DNA of 64,000 nt, from positions 135,451 to 199,450 of the forward strand of contig CAVPUQ010000006.1 of the NCBI GenBank assembly GCA_963708985.1. Direction: 5' to 3'. The stretch's first letter is position 1. Each line of letters begins with the position of its first letter. Origin of the DNA: an uncultured Actinomycetes bacterium (GTDB taxonomy: Bacteria > Actinomycetota > UBA4738 > HRBIN12). A model generated the notes under the pieces. The model was given only the letters and a program-made list of their open reading frames with translations, was not told where the DNA came from and made no database searches. The position numbers were made by a program, and so were the translations under genes. Positions 30,206-38,474 of this stretch are shown here, in pieces.

Positions 30206-30497
30206 GTGAGCTCGACCGAGCCGCCCGTCCAGCGCCCCGGCTGCCTGTTCTGCGGCCGCCCCACCTTCGACCCCGACAAGCGGGAGCGCCCGTGGGTGCG
30301 CGCCACCGTCGAGGGCGCACCAGGTGCTGGTGTGCCCGTCGTGCCAGGAGGAGCGTGCCGACTGGGCGGTGCAGCTCGACCGCTGCGAGGCGTGCGGCGA
30401 GACGCGGCTGTCCGTGATGCTCGGCGAGGTGGTATGCCGCGAGTGCGGACACGTCCGCGGGATGTCGGTCGAGCCCGCCTGGTCATCGGGCGCTTAG
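30206..30497 (+). pseudogene. Small zinc-ribbon protein (4x CxxC), with one apparent frameshift near 30313; its 3' end overlaps the tRNA-Val 5' end
   Basis: From GTG 30206 the product reads 'VSSTEPPVQRPGCLFCGRPTFDPDKRERPWVRATVEG'. The next frame reads 'HQVLVCPSCQEERADWAVQLDRCEACGETRLSVMLGEVVCRECGHVRG...*', ending at TAG 30495-30497. Confidence 0.45.
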
Positions 30498-30559
30498 CTC
30501 AGCGGAAGAGCGCTTCCCTTACAAGGAAGAGGTCGGAGGTTCGAGCCCTGCAGCGCCCA
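30488..30559 (+). tRNA. tRNA-Val (anticodon TAC)
   Basis: The acceptor is gggcgct/agcgccc and the D stem gctc/gagc. The anticodon arm is cttcc-ctTACaa-ggaag. The T arm ggagg-ttcgagc-cctgc has one G-G mismatch at 50:64. Confidence 0.82.
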
Positions 30560-30727
30560 CGAGACGAAGTCCCTGGTCGTAGGCGGGTCAAGTCGGTGGC
30601 TGCGCGCTTGGAGATTCCTAGATCCCCGCGTGTGGCCACAGCGTGGCCACACGACTCCCAGTCCGCGTTCGAGGGACACTGAGCGGTCGCCGCTCCCAGC
30701 TCGGCCGCTCCGGTGAGCCTTGCTGCG
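30517..30727 (+). repeat. Copy 1 of a ~210-bp diverged direct repeat (tRNA-Val 3' half plus ~170 bp flank); partner at 44510-44722
   Basis: In a hand alignment roughly four-fifths of positions are identical. Near-perfect blocks include 'gacgaagt.cctggtcgta', 'tgcgcgcttgga', 'gcgtgtggccacagc.tggccacacgactccc.gtccgcgttcg' and 'cggtcgccgctc.cagctcggc.gctccggtg'. Confidence 0.8.
30629..30653. repeat. Perfect inverted repeat cgtgtggccac-agc-gtggccacacg inside the tRNA-Val flank repeat
   Basis: It has 11-nt arms and a 3-nt spacer. The same element, with one arm mismatch, occurs at 44625-44649. Confidence 0.7.
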
Positions 30728-30746
30728 GGCCACTCTCGCTGAGCTT

Positions 30747-30776
30747 GAGGGGGACTGCCCTGGGGCAGTCCCTCCT
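30747..30776 (+). terminator. GC-rich hairpin at the junction between the tRNA flank and the DUF499 remnant
   Basis: 'gggactgccc tg gggcagtccc' has perfect 10-nt arms that extend slightly, followed by tcctgttc. Confidence 0.35.
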
Positions 30777-30789
30777 GTTCGAGTCGAGC

Positions 30790-32191
30790 GGCGGCCAGAT
30801 CAAGGATGTCGCGAGTCTGCCCGAGGTGCGCCTGGCCGTCGGGCGGCCGGAGGTGGAGGTCGGCAACATCGAGACGGCGCTCGAGGCCCTCAGATCCTCC
30901 TGCTACTACCTCGCGTCGCAGGCCGGCGGCTACCGCTTCTCGGTCAAGCCGAACCTCAACAAGTGGATCGCCGATCGCCGAGCAGCTCTCGACCCGGCCG
31001 AGGTGGAGACCGAAAGCCGCACCGCCATCGCGAAGGTGTTCACCGACAAGCGGGGTGTGCCGAACGCGTTCGACGTCGTGCTGTTCCCCGAAGAGGCCCC
31101 ATCGATCCCAGACACGCCGACCCTTCGGTTGGTGGTGATGTCTCCTGACCACCAGTGGGATGACACCACCCAGGGACTGCTCGAAGGTGGATGGTTGAGT
31201 ACGGGGCATCCCCTCGACAGTTCAAGAATGCCATCGTCTGGGCCATCGCCGAAGACCCGAACCACGTGCTAACGCTGCCAGGAATGCCCTCGCTTGGCGG
31301 AGCCTCGCCGAGGAGGCGGATGCGAGGGAGTTCGACGAGGACGAGCGGCGGGACCTCGGCGAGCATCGCAAGCGGGCGGACCAAGACCTGAAGGAGGCGG
31401 TCTGGCGAACCTATCGGCGGCTCGCATTCTTCGGACAAGATGGGTCGTTGGGCAGCGAGGACCTCGGGCTTGTGCATTCGAGCAGCGCCGACTCGATGCA
31501 GGCCCTGATCCAGGCTCGGCTCCGTCAGGGCGACGAGCTGACGGACACCCTCTCGCCGAACCAGGTCGTGCGGAACTGGCCGACAGCGCTCCTCGAGTGG
31601 CCGACGAAGCAGCTGCGCGATGCGGTCTACGTTCGCCGAAGTTCACCCGCCTCTCGGACCCAGGTGCCTTGCCGGAGACCGTCGCCCGAGGTGTCCGCGA
31701 GGGCGCCTTCGGCTACGGAGTGAAGACCGGCGCCGAAGTGATGAACGTCGTCATCGACCAGCCTCTCGGCCCGGCAGACGTCGAGATCTCCGACGACGTG
31801 GTTCTCCTGCCGGCCGCACGCGCCCGCGCCCTGAAGGCAACGGGAACGGAGCCAGAGACAATAGCGCCGACGCCGATGCCGATTAGCGAGGGGGGAAGCG
31901 GTCACCGCAGGGGTTGGGGGAGAGCAGGTACCGATCTTCACGCAGGAGAAGGTTGCAGGCGTGCGATGGGAGGGCGAGGTGCCTGCCTAGAAGTGGACGA
32001 CCTTCTACATGAAGGTCCTGTCGCGACTCGCGCAGGAGGGCGAGCTCTCACTGCATGTCCGGTTCAGTTCGCATCCGGAGGGTGGTGTTCCGAGAGACCG
32101 AGTTTCCGAGGTCGTAGAGAACCTCGCGGAGCTCGGCCTGGACGGGGCTCTAGAAGTCACCGAGTCCAACGACAGTCAGGCCGGCGACTGA
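30790..32191 (+). pseudogene. C-terminal ~470 codons of a DUF499/BrxC-type ATPase; N-terminal ATPase half missing, multiply frameshifted
   Basis: 'YRFSVKPNLNKWIADRR', 'FKNAIVWAIAED', 'LAWRSLAEEA...LKEAVWRTYRRL', 'LSPNQVVRNWP', 'GVREGAFGYGVKTG' and the terminal 'VENLAELGLDGALEV' are scattered over at least 4 frames. The assignment rests on recalled family patterns, not a search. Confidence 0.55.
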
Positions 32192-32209
32192 GGTAGTCGC
32201 CCGTACCAC

Positions 32210-33643
32210 TCACCGGGCCCGCTCCACCCTGACTCTGGAATTGCCTCGCCTTCGCTGTGATTCGTGGGGATGAGCCACAGGTGTCCCGTCTGATTGTCGG
32301 CGGCACGGTCCGTCCCGGCAGAATGAGACTCGAGGGAGGAGACTCGCCCCAAGGGCTACCCCCACTCCCCTCCGGCCGAACTTGAGCGATCCGACCCACG
32401 CTGCCTCGAACTGTTCGAACTCAGACGCGACGTGCTCCGCATCGGTGGCCAAAGCGAACCACTCATCGAACTGTCCAGGGCTTGGAGGCGTTGCCTCGTC
32501 CGGCTGTTCCGTTGGCGTCTGACCCGCCGGCGTCTCCCCCTCGTGGATGGCCTGAATGGTCTCGAGCAGGTGCTGTGCTTGGGGGCGCCCCATCGCCTCG
32601 TCGCGTTCATGCTTCGTTCGCTCCCAGGGATCACCTCGGTACTCTGAGAGGTACCGACACGCCTCGGTGAGAGCGTGCCCCGTCACGAGCGACGAGAGGG
32701 TGGGCCGAAGCAGCTCCCGAACAACCGCAGCTTCAAGCTCAGGACGATTGCCCCAGGCCCGCGCAAGTCCCGCAGGCGCGCTTTCCGCGACGATCACGCT
32801 CGAGGGCAAGCCTCCAAACAGGGCCGTTTCCTGCCGTCGGTTCGCTGCGAGCAAACCCGCGAGCACACGGCCGAGGTCCGCCCGCGGCATGCGGTCCGCA
32901 AGCAGACCGAACAGCGCGCCTACTGGCGTGAACGGATGCTCAGATCGGAGCGCGAGCACTTCTCCGCGACCTCGCGGGTCGCGGAGAAGCTGCAGCGATG
33001 AGAGCGTCGGTCCATACGGGTTGAAGTAGCACCAGGCAAACAGGAGACGGCTGTCCTCCGTGTCGTCGATTCGCTCCTCGCATCCGGTCACCGCCTCGAG
33101 CGCGAGTCCGAACTCATCGCGGGCGCGGCTCTCCAGCTCATCGATGAGTCCCTCTAGAGACAGCGCGGCGGTCCCGCCGTCCTCAGGTTCATCTCGTGAA
33201 GCCGGCGCTGAAAGCGCCTGCGCGTACGCCTCCATCTTGGCCTTGACTTCGCCGACCGTTGGCCGCTCTACTGGCGACCCAGCGTCACGCGCTGTCGATT
33301 GCTGCAAGAGCTGCTCAAGGGTGCTCCGCATCATGTCGTCCGCTCGTTCCTGCTCGTTGTCTGACATCGCTGGGATCGGCGTCCAGGCGACGTCGGGGAT
33401 CTCCTCGCCTGCGCGCAGCGCCTTCAGCAGGGAATCACGCTGCTTCGCGTTGACGATCCTGGACAACTTGTCCTGCTGCTCTGGCGTCAATCGAAGCTCG
33501 TCCGTCAAGGCGCCCCCCTCCATCTTCCTTCGCTCGAACGCTCGCTCAAACAGCATGATGCGACCTAGCGACACTGGTACGTGGAGAGAAGTCACGCGCG
33601 ACGCCTCCCACGCGCCGAGCGTGAGCCGCTCGACCACCGGCAT
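32210..33643 (-). CDS. Hypothetical protein (orphan, ~477 aa from ATG 33643)
   Basis: Long ORF 32210..33751 has coding-like composition. No domain was recognised. The last ~60 codons look non-coding, so the true C-terminus may be shifted. Confidence 0.45.
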   Translation of the reverse strand: MPVVERLTLGAWEASRVTSLHVPVSLGRIMLFERAFERRKMEGGALTDELRLTPEQQDKLSRIVNAKQRDSLLKALRAGEEIPDVAWTPIPAMSDNEQERADDMMRSTLEQLLQQSTARDAGSPVERPTVGEVKAKMEAYAQALSAPASRDEPEDGGTAALSLEGLIDELESRARDEFGLALEAVTGCEERIDDTEDSRLLFAWCYFNPYGPTLSSLQLLRDPRGRGEVLALRSEHPFTPVGALFGLLADRMPRADLGRVLAGLLAANRRQETALFGGLPSSVIVAESAPAGLARAWGNRPELEAAVVRELLRPTLSSLVTGHALTEACRYLSEYRGDPWERTKHERDEAMGRPQAQHLLETIQAIHEGETPAGQTPTEQPDEATPPSPGQFDEWFALATDAEHVASEFEQFEAAWVGSLKFGRRGVGVALGASLLPRVSFCRDGPCRRQSDGTPVAHPHESQRRRGNSRVRVERAR

Positions 33644-33878
33644 CCTTCTACGAGAAGGGAATAGGGGGAGGGGAGGCAGTTGGAACCACCGACCCAGTCC
33701 ACCCGGACGAACCGAGCCTACCGCCCTGTAGAGATGCTGGTTGAAGGGCACCTCGCCGGGGCCGGTAGGAGAGACCTAGGTGCAGGCCACTCCGCCTCGC
33801 TGTACGAGCAACGGATGACGTGCGCCACGGATAGGATTGTTCCCAAGAACCGCATCTGGCGGTGGCGGAGGTGATTGG

Positions 33879-34580
33879 ATGCTGCCCCTCACCGAGGCTC
33901 AAACCCGAGCGATGGCGGGGGAGTGGAACCAGCCTGATCGTGGTGGAGAGACGCTCTGGGGCGACATCGCCACCCTGGCGGCTCGGGTCTGGGTCGCAGG
34001 TGATGACGTAGCCCATCGGTCGGCTCTGAATCATCTGCTGCTGGCGATCGGCAACTTCAAGCGCCCAGCGGGCATGAGCGATCTGGCCACCCGGACTTCC
34101 GCCCTCCGCTCCGACCGTGGATCCAGGCGGCGGCATTACGCTCTACCTCGACTCTGGACCCCTACTCCTTTCCAGGGACGACCAGGCGAGCTGGGAACGC
34201 CTTCGGGCTGTTCATGGCCTTGGCAGTCCTGCGACCGGAACGGCTCTCCTGGCATCGCTCTGGCCGCGGCACCACGTGATCATGGACATGAACGCCCTGA
34301 GCGCCGCGATAGGTCTCGTCGTCGCCGGCGGAGGAATCGCCGAGCCGCTCGATCAGACGATTGATCGAAGCAGGTGACAGCGGATCACTCGGTGAGATCG
34401 GCTGGGAGGACTACCCCTGGTATCGAGATCGAAATCCTCGATGCCTCGAGGGGACTTGCCCTTGAGCCCGTCATGGTGGAAAGAGCCCTGTACGAGCTGC
34501 ACCGCAGGGCTGAGTTCTCGAGGACGGATAGTTGGATCAAGTACGGAAGGGCGCTCTTGACCGCGGCTCGGATCCCCTAG
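33879..34580 (+). pseudogene. Hypothetical protein, paralog-like to 36734..37279 (helix-hairpin-helix/OGG-fold-like pattern), with about 2 apparent frameshifts
   Basis: 'GLGSPATGTALLASLWPRHHVIMDMNALSA' parallels 'LPGVKARTASAMLTVHDPVRFTIMDRNALKA' of the other gene. The pieces lie in ORFs 33837.., 34117.. and 34374... Confidence 0.4.
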
Positions 34581-34814
34581 GTGGACGACCAGCCTCCTGA
34601 GTTGCGCCTAGGTGCACTAGGGGCAGGAGCATGTGGTGGACGCTAGGCTGGGTTTCCGGTGCGGCGTTGGAGGCTGGGGAGCCTTGGGAGCAGGGACCAT
34701 CCTCGGCGACCCTCCCGCAGAGTGGCCCAATAGCTCCGCTCTCAGGTGCGGATCTGCCTCGGCGTCAATCAGTGAGGTTCCCCCGGTTGCACGGACGGGT
34801 CGGGTGAGATGTTC

Positions 34815-35702
34815 TCATGCGGCTTCCTCGGTGGCCGCGTTTCGGAACTCGAACTCGGCAGGGCTCAGGTAGCCGATCGAGGAGTGACGGCGCTTGGGGT
34901 TGTAGAAGCCCTCGATGTAGTCGAAGACGGCGATCGCGAGTTCCTTGCGCGTCTCCCATCGGCGGCGGTCGAGGAGCTCGAGCTGCAGCGTGCCGAAGAA
35001 GGACTCGGCCATGGAGTTATCGAAGCAATCACCGATCGTGCCCATCGATCCCAAGATCCCGGCGGCCCTCAGACGTCTGCCGAAGGCCCAGGACGTGTAT
35101 CGGGCTCCGTGGTCCGTGTGACAGATGGTCTTGCCATCTTCGGGCCGGCGTCTCCACACGGCCATCTGCAGGGCGTCGACCACCAGCTCGGAGCGCATGT
35201 GGTCTGCGATCGACCACCCGATGATCCGACGGCTCCACGCGTTAAGGACCGTGGCGAGGTAGACCTTGCCCTCGGCGGTCGCATGCTCCGTCACGTCCCC
35301 GACCCACAACCGGTCTGGGCCATCGACGCCGAAGCGGCGCATCACGAGATCCTCTGAAGGGGTTGCCCGGGGGTCCTGGCGCGTGCATCCCTTGTACCTG
35401 CGCCGGTAGATGCCCTCGATGTTCGCCAGGCGCATGAGCCTGGCGACCCGGTTCTCGCCCACGTGGATCCCCTCGCCGAGCACGAGCTCACGGTGGACCC
35501 GAGGCGAGCCGTAGGTCCCGCGGGAGGCCGCATGGATCTGGCGGATGCGCTCCAGCAGGAACGTGTCCTGGCGAGCTCTGGTGCCAGGGCGGTCCTTGCG
35601 GTGGCTGGACCCGTAGAACGCGCTGCGGGACACGCCGAGCACACGGCAGAGCGTGGTCGTGGGGTAGTTGGCCTTCTCCACCGCAACGAGGTCGTAGATC
35701 AC
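34815..35702 (-). CDS. IS3-family transposase OrfB (DDE integrase core)
   Basis: 'RLWVGDVTEH', 'YLATVLNAWSRRIIGWS', 'HTDHGARYTS', 'DNSMAESFFGTLQLE' and 'RRHSSIGYLSPAEFE' are present. Confidence 0.92.
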   Translation of the reverse strand: MIYDLVAVEKANYPTTTLCRVLGVSRSAFYGSSHRKDRPGTRARQDTFLLERIRQIHAASRGTYGSPRVHRELVLGEGIHVGENRVARLMRLANIEGIYRRRYKGCTRQDPRATPSEDLVMRRFGVDGPDRLWVGDVTEHATAEGKVYLATVLNAWSRRIIGWSIADHMRSELVVDALQMAVWRRRPEDGKTICHTDHGARYTSWAFGRRLRAAGILGSMGTIGDCFDNSMAESFFGTLQLELLDRRRWETRKELAIAVFDYIEGFYNPKRRHSSIGYLSPAEFEFRNAATEEAA

Positions 35703-35989
35703 CTCTGGTGGAAGGTGCTCGCGTCTGCGAAGAAGGCCGCGGCTTTTCCCAGGATCTCCTTCTCCATCTTGAGCACCCGGTTCTCCCGCCGCAGCCGCAC
35801 GAGCTCGGCACGCTCCTCGGTCGTGAGTCCTTCCTTGCGGCCCTCGTCGATGTCAGCCCGGCTCATCCAGGTGCGAAGGCACGACTCGGAGATCCCGATG
35901 TCGGCTGCGACCTGCGCGATCGGCTTGGCCCTCTCGCGGGCGAGCTCGACAGCTCGCTGGCGGAACTCCGGAGGGTGCGGTCGCGGCAT
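35699..35989 (-). CDS. IS3-family transposase OrfA (HTH)
   Basis: 'PEFRQRAVELARERAKPIAQVAADIGISESCLRTW' and a leucine-zipper-like 'LRRENRVLKMEKEILGKAAAFF' are present. It overlaps OrfB by GTGA. Confidence 0.92.
   Translation of the reverse strand: MPRPHPPEFRQRAVELARERAKPIAQVAADIGISESCLRTWMSRADIDEGRKEGLTTEERAELVRLRRENRVLKMEKEILGKAAAFFADASTFHQR
35744..35750 (-). promoter_or_regulatory. Candidate -1 programmed frameshift heptamer G_GGA_AAA for the OrfAB fusion
   Basis: An X_XXY_YYZ heptamer lies in the OrfA frame about 45 nt before the OrfA stop. OrfB is in the -1 frame relative to OrfA. Confidence 0.5.
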
Positions 35990-36149
35990 GCGGACTCCTT
36001 TCGGAGGGGCGCTGACCCCTCATCGTAGGTGTCCGGCAAACCGGGGGAACATCACCCCAGGGTCCAGCCCTCGGGCAGGCGACACCGCTCGTGTCAGTGC
36101 CTAGGCCGATACTCATGAGCGTGACGAAGCTGACGGGGGGCCAAGGGAC

Positions 36150-36680
36150 GTGTCAGGCGGAGTGACTCCAAGCGCGGTCGAGCCGGTCGGTGTCGCTGAA
36201 GGCAGGGCGGCGTGGGCGAAGGAGATGCGGAAGGTCGAGCGGCTGACCGACGCGATCGGCATGCCCGTTGATGACGGCATCAAGACGGTCGTCTGTGGTC
36301 TCCGCCTGCTCGGAATCCCGACCAGGGCTTCGTGCGAGGGCCACGACGATCGCGCCTCGTCCTATCCGTGGGTGGATATCGGCGAGTGGCCTTCCGACGG
36401 ACCAGGGGACCGGCAGGAGCAGCAGGAGACGCGGGAACGGAACCGGGAGCACCTGCTCGACACGCTGGAGATCCTCGAAGCGTTCTACTCGGAGCGGCGC
36501 TCCGCGTACCTTGCCTGCATCGTGCCGGATGCGCCGCGTGCGCTCGGCATCTTCCGGATCTGGAGCGTGGGAGCGCCGATCTTGGATGCGGAGGGGTTGG
36601 CCGCACACGAGTTGGTCGAGGCATGCAGGGAGGAGATGCGAGAGTTCGGCTCGTTCCTTCGCCACCGGGTCGATGGGTAG
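36150..36680 (+). CDS. Hypothetical protein
   Basis: 176-aa ORF with coding-like composition. No domain was recognised. Confidence 0.4.
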   Translation: MSGGVTPSAVEPVGVAEGRAAWAKEMRKVERLTDAIGMPVDDGIKTVVCGLRLLGIPTRASCEGHDDRASSYPWVDIGEWPSDGPGDRQEQQETRERNREHLLDTLEILEAFYSERRSAYLACIVPDAPRALGIFRIWSVGAPILDAEGLAAHELVEACREEMREFGSFLRHRVDG

Positions 36681-36733
36681 TCCGATCGGCGTAACTACCG
36701 CTCGTTTGATCTAGAGGCGTTGTCCGCGTGCCA

Positions 36734-37279
36734 TCAGCGCCTCATCCACTGTCCTGAGAGGACGACCGCTCCGAGCAGGACCAGCTCGTGACAGATGCGC
36801 AGCCAGTCCGCGTATAGAGACCGCCACCATGCATCACCGCCCGGCAGGTCGGATGTTGCCGAGGCGATCTTCTCTCGAACACCGAGCAGAGGCTCGTTCT
36901 GGAGGGCCTTGAGGGCGTTTCTGTCCATGATCGTGAAGCGCACGGGGTCGTGGACGGTGAGCATTGCCGACGCGGTCCTGGCTTTGACGCCGGGGAGCAG
37001 CGTCAAGATGTGTATGGCCAGCTCGGGATCATCGCTGCGAAGAGCAAGCGAGGTGATCTCTCGAACGCGTCCAGGCCGCCGTTTCTCGAATCTCTCAATC
37101 GCGCTCACCTTCCAAGCGGGCCACAGTCCCTTGTTCTTCCATTCCACGATGCGGGCAAGCTCAGAGGCGTTGAAGTCCCCATGTCCACCCAATTCCCGGA
37201 ACAGGTCCGGGTTGTGGCCGCCATAGCGCGCAGACCACTTGTCGACCCACTCTGCTAGATCTCGCTCCACCTGACTCAC
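36734..37279 (-). CDS. Hypothetical protein with an HhH-like 'LPGVKARTASAML' motif (possibly an OGG-fold family)
   Basis: 181-aa ORF. The motif resembles the HhH-GPD 'LpGVG.ktA..vL' pattern. A frameshifted paralog lies at 33879-34580. Confidence 0.45.
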   Translation of the reverse strand: MSQVERDLAEWVDKWSARYGGHNPDLFRELGGHGDFNASELARIVEWKNKGLWPAWKVSAIERFEKRRPGRVREITSLALRSDDPELAIHILTLLPGVKARTASAMLTVHDPVRFTIMDRNALKALQNEPLLGVREKIASATSDLPGGDAWWRSLYADWLRICHELVLLGAVVLSGQWMRR

Positions 37280-37426
37280 GCAGTCCTCCTTGCCCGCATC
37301 CTAGGTTCTCGCGGCAGCGATCCGTGTCAGAGGTGGGCAGTACGCTCGCACCACGCTGAGGAGGATGGTGTGTGCGATTCGCGTGGGCGCGGTCTAGCTC
37401 CTCAGAGACCGCGCAGAGGCCCATCG

Positions 37427-37591
37427 ATGGGCTACGTCGTGCTGGGATTCATCTTGATCCTCCTGGGGTTGAGCGGCGCGCTCGTTCTTCACGGAACGGG
37501 CAGCCCCAGGGCGCTCGTGCTCGTTGGTTTGGGCCTGTGCCTGTTCGGTCGATACCGGGTGCATGGCTCCGGCGGTCATCGTGACCCTTGA
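37427..37591 (+). CDS. Small two-helix membrane protein (hypothetical)
   Basis: 'MGYVVLGFILILLGLSGALVL...ALVLVGLGLCLFG'. Confidence 0.3.
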   Translation: MGYVVLGFILILLGLSGALVLHGTGSPRALVLVGLGLCLFGRYRVHGSGGHRDP

Positions 37592-38212
37592 CCGGATGCC
37601 TATCGATGCCATCGCCCTACCACTGGCAAGGCCTGATTCGGCCAATCTCTATGGCTGGCTCCGGCGCGGCGAATGAACGGGGTGGTCGCCCCGGCGAGCC
37701 AGGGTCCCCACCCCGTTGCCCGGATGATGCCATGACGGGGAGGATGGGTGCCCGGAGTCGAGTCGGCCAGGTAGTCTGCGACCCGCTCGGCAGAGTGACC
37801 GCTCGGGGGTTCGATGCGTCTGCTTGAGGCAGTGGATCTGGTCCTGCCACGGCCAGGTGAGGCCATCCCGGTGTTCCAGGTAGCGAAGCGGATCGCCGAT
37901 CGCACCCTCGTACTCCGTGGGCCGGCGCGCCCCACGTTGTGTTCATCCTACTCACCGATGTCCGTCGCCGGGCACACGATGGCCTCCCGCAGAGGTTCGA
38001 GTCTGCCTCTCTCCCGGGTTCGTTCGCCGTGCTGTCGAGCAGCTCTGACTGTTGGTCGGTCGTCATGGGTCCATCCTCTCAAGGGTTGGAGCCTCCAAGA
38101 TTCCCGGCGCGGTTCAACCTGGTGAACCGCCTCGTTCTCCACATTCTTGTCCGGTGACCTCGGGCGCGTTTGCCTATCATGGGTTCACCTAACGTGACAG
38201 GAGGGGACGAAG

Positions 38213-38402
38213 GTGCTAGTCGCGAAGGTCACGAATGGCAATGCCGAGATCTTCGACAGCGCATCCGGAGCCTTCAAACGGAGCCGGGCACGGCAACGTT
38301 GCGTCGGCCCAAGTCGAAGGACAAGAGGTGGCGCTCACGCTTACCGACGGAACGATCGAGATCTACAACGTGGATACGGGGCAGTACATCCGACGCATCT
38401 AG
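38213..38402 (+). pseudogene. Small hypothetical protein, with one apparent frameshift near 38285
   Basis: GTG 38213 follows a GGAGGGGA RBS. The product reads 'VLVAKVTNGNAEIFDSASGAFKRS', then in the next frame 'GHGNVASAQVEGQEVALTLTDGTIEIYNVDTGQYIRRI*'. Confidence 0.3.
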
Positions 38403-38474
38403 CCAACGCCTGTCTGTCTCGTGTGTGCTCGAAAGCCCGACTCTACGGGGAGCCCTCTCCCGTATCATGATTGC

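Larger units (their letters stand above)
34773..36054 (-). mobile_element. IS3-family insertion sequence (1282 bp)
   Basis: The terminal inverted repeats are 'tgaggttcccccggttgcacggac' (34773-) and the reverse complement of '...gtccggcaaaccgggggaacatca' (-36054). It has an OrfA/OrfB arrangement. No matching target-site duplication was seen. Confidence 0.85.

Noticed and set aside
30560-30780. Conserved short ORFs within the duplicated tRNA-Val flank, considered as candidate small proteins ('MATRLPVRVRG...' on the plus strand; '...ESCGHAVATR...' on the minus strand, in both copies)
   Set aside because: Differences between the two copies are a mix of synonymous and radical changes in every frame. 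The plus-strand ORFs diverge completely after ~30 codons. Conservation is better explained at the nucleotide level (palindrome and blocks).
37985-38016. tRNA T-arm-like sequence 'gcagaggttcgagtctgcctctctcccgg', loosely resembling the tRNA-Asn 3' end, considered as a fourth att scar
   Set aside because: The similarity is limited to 'ttcgagtct' plus a C-rich tail. The stem-loop has an 8-nt loop and there is no acceptor partner. I cannot distinguish it from chance without a model-based search.
37600-38066. Minus-strand ORFs (111 and 149 aa) in the lower-GC patch
   Set aside because: Their translations are low-complexity, with no motif and no convincing start or RBS. A short segment ('EYEGAIGDPLRYLEHRDGLTWPWQDQIHCLKQ') might be a gene fragment, but I cannot support a call.
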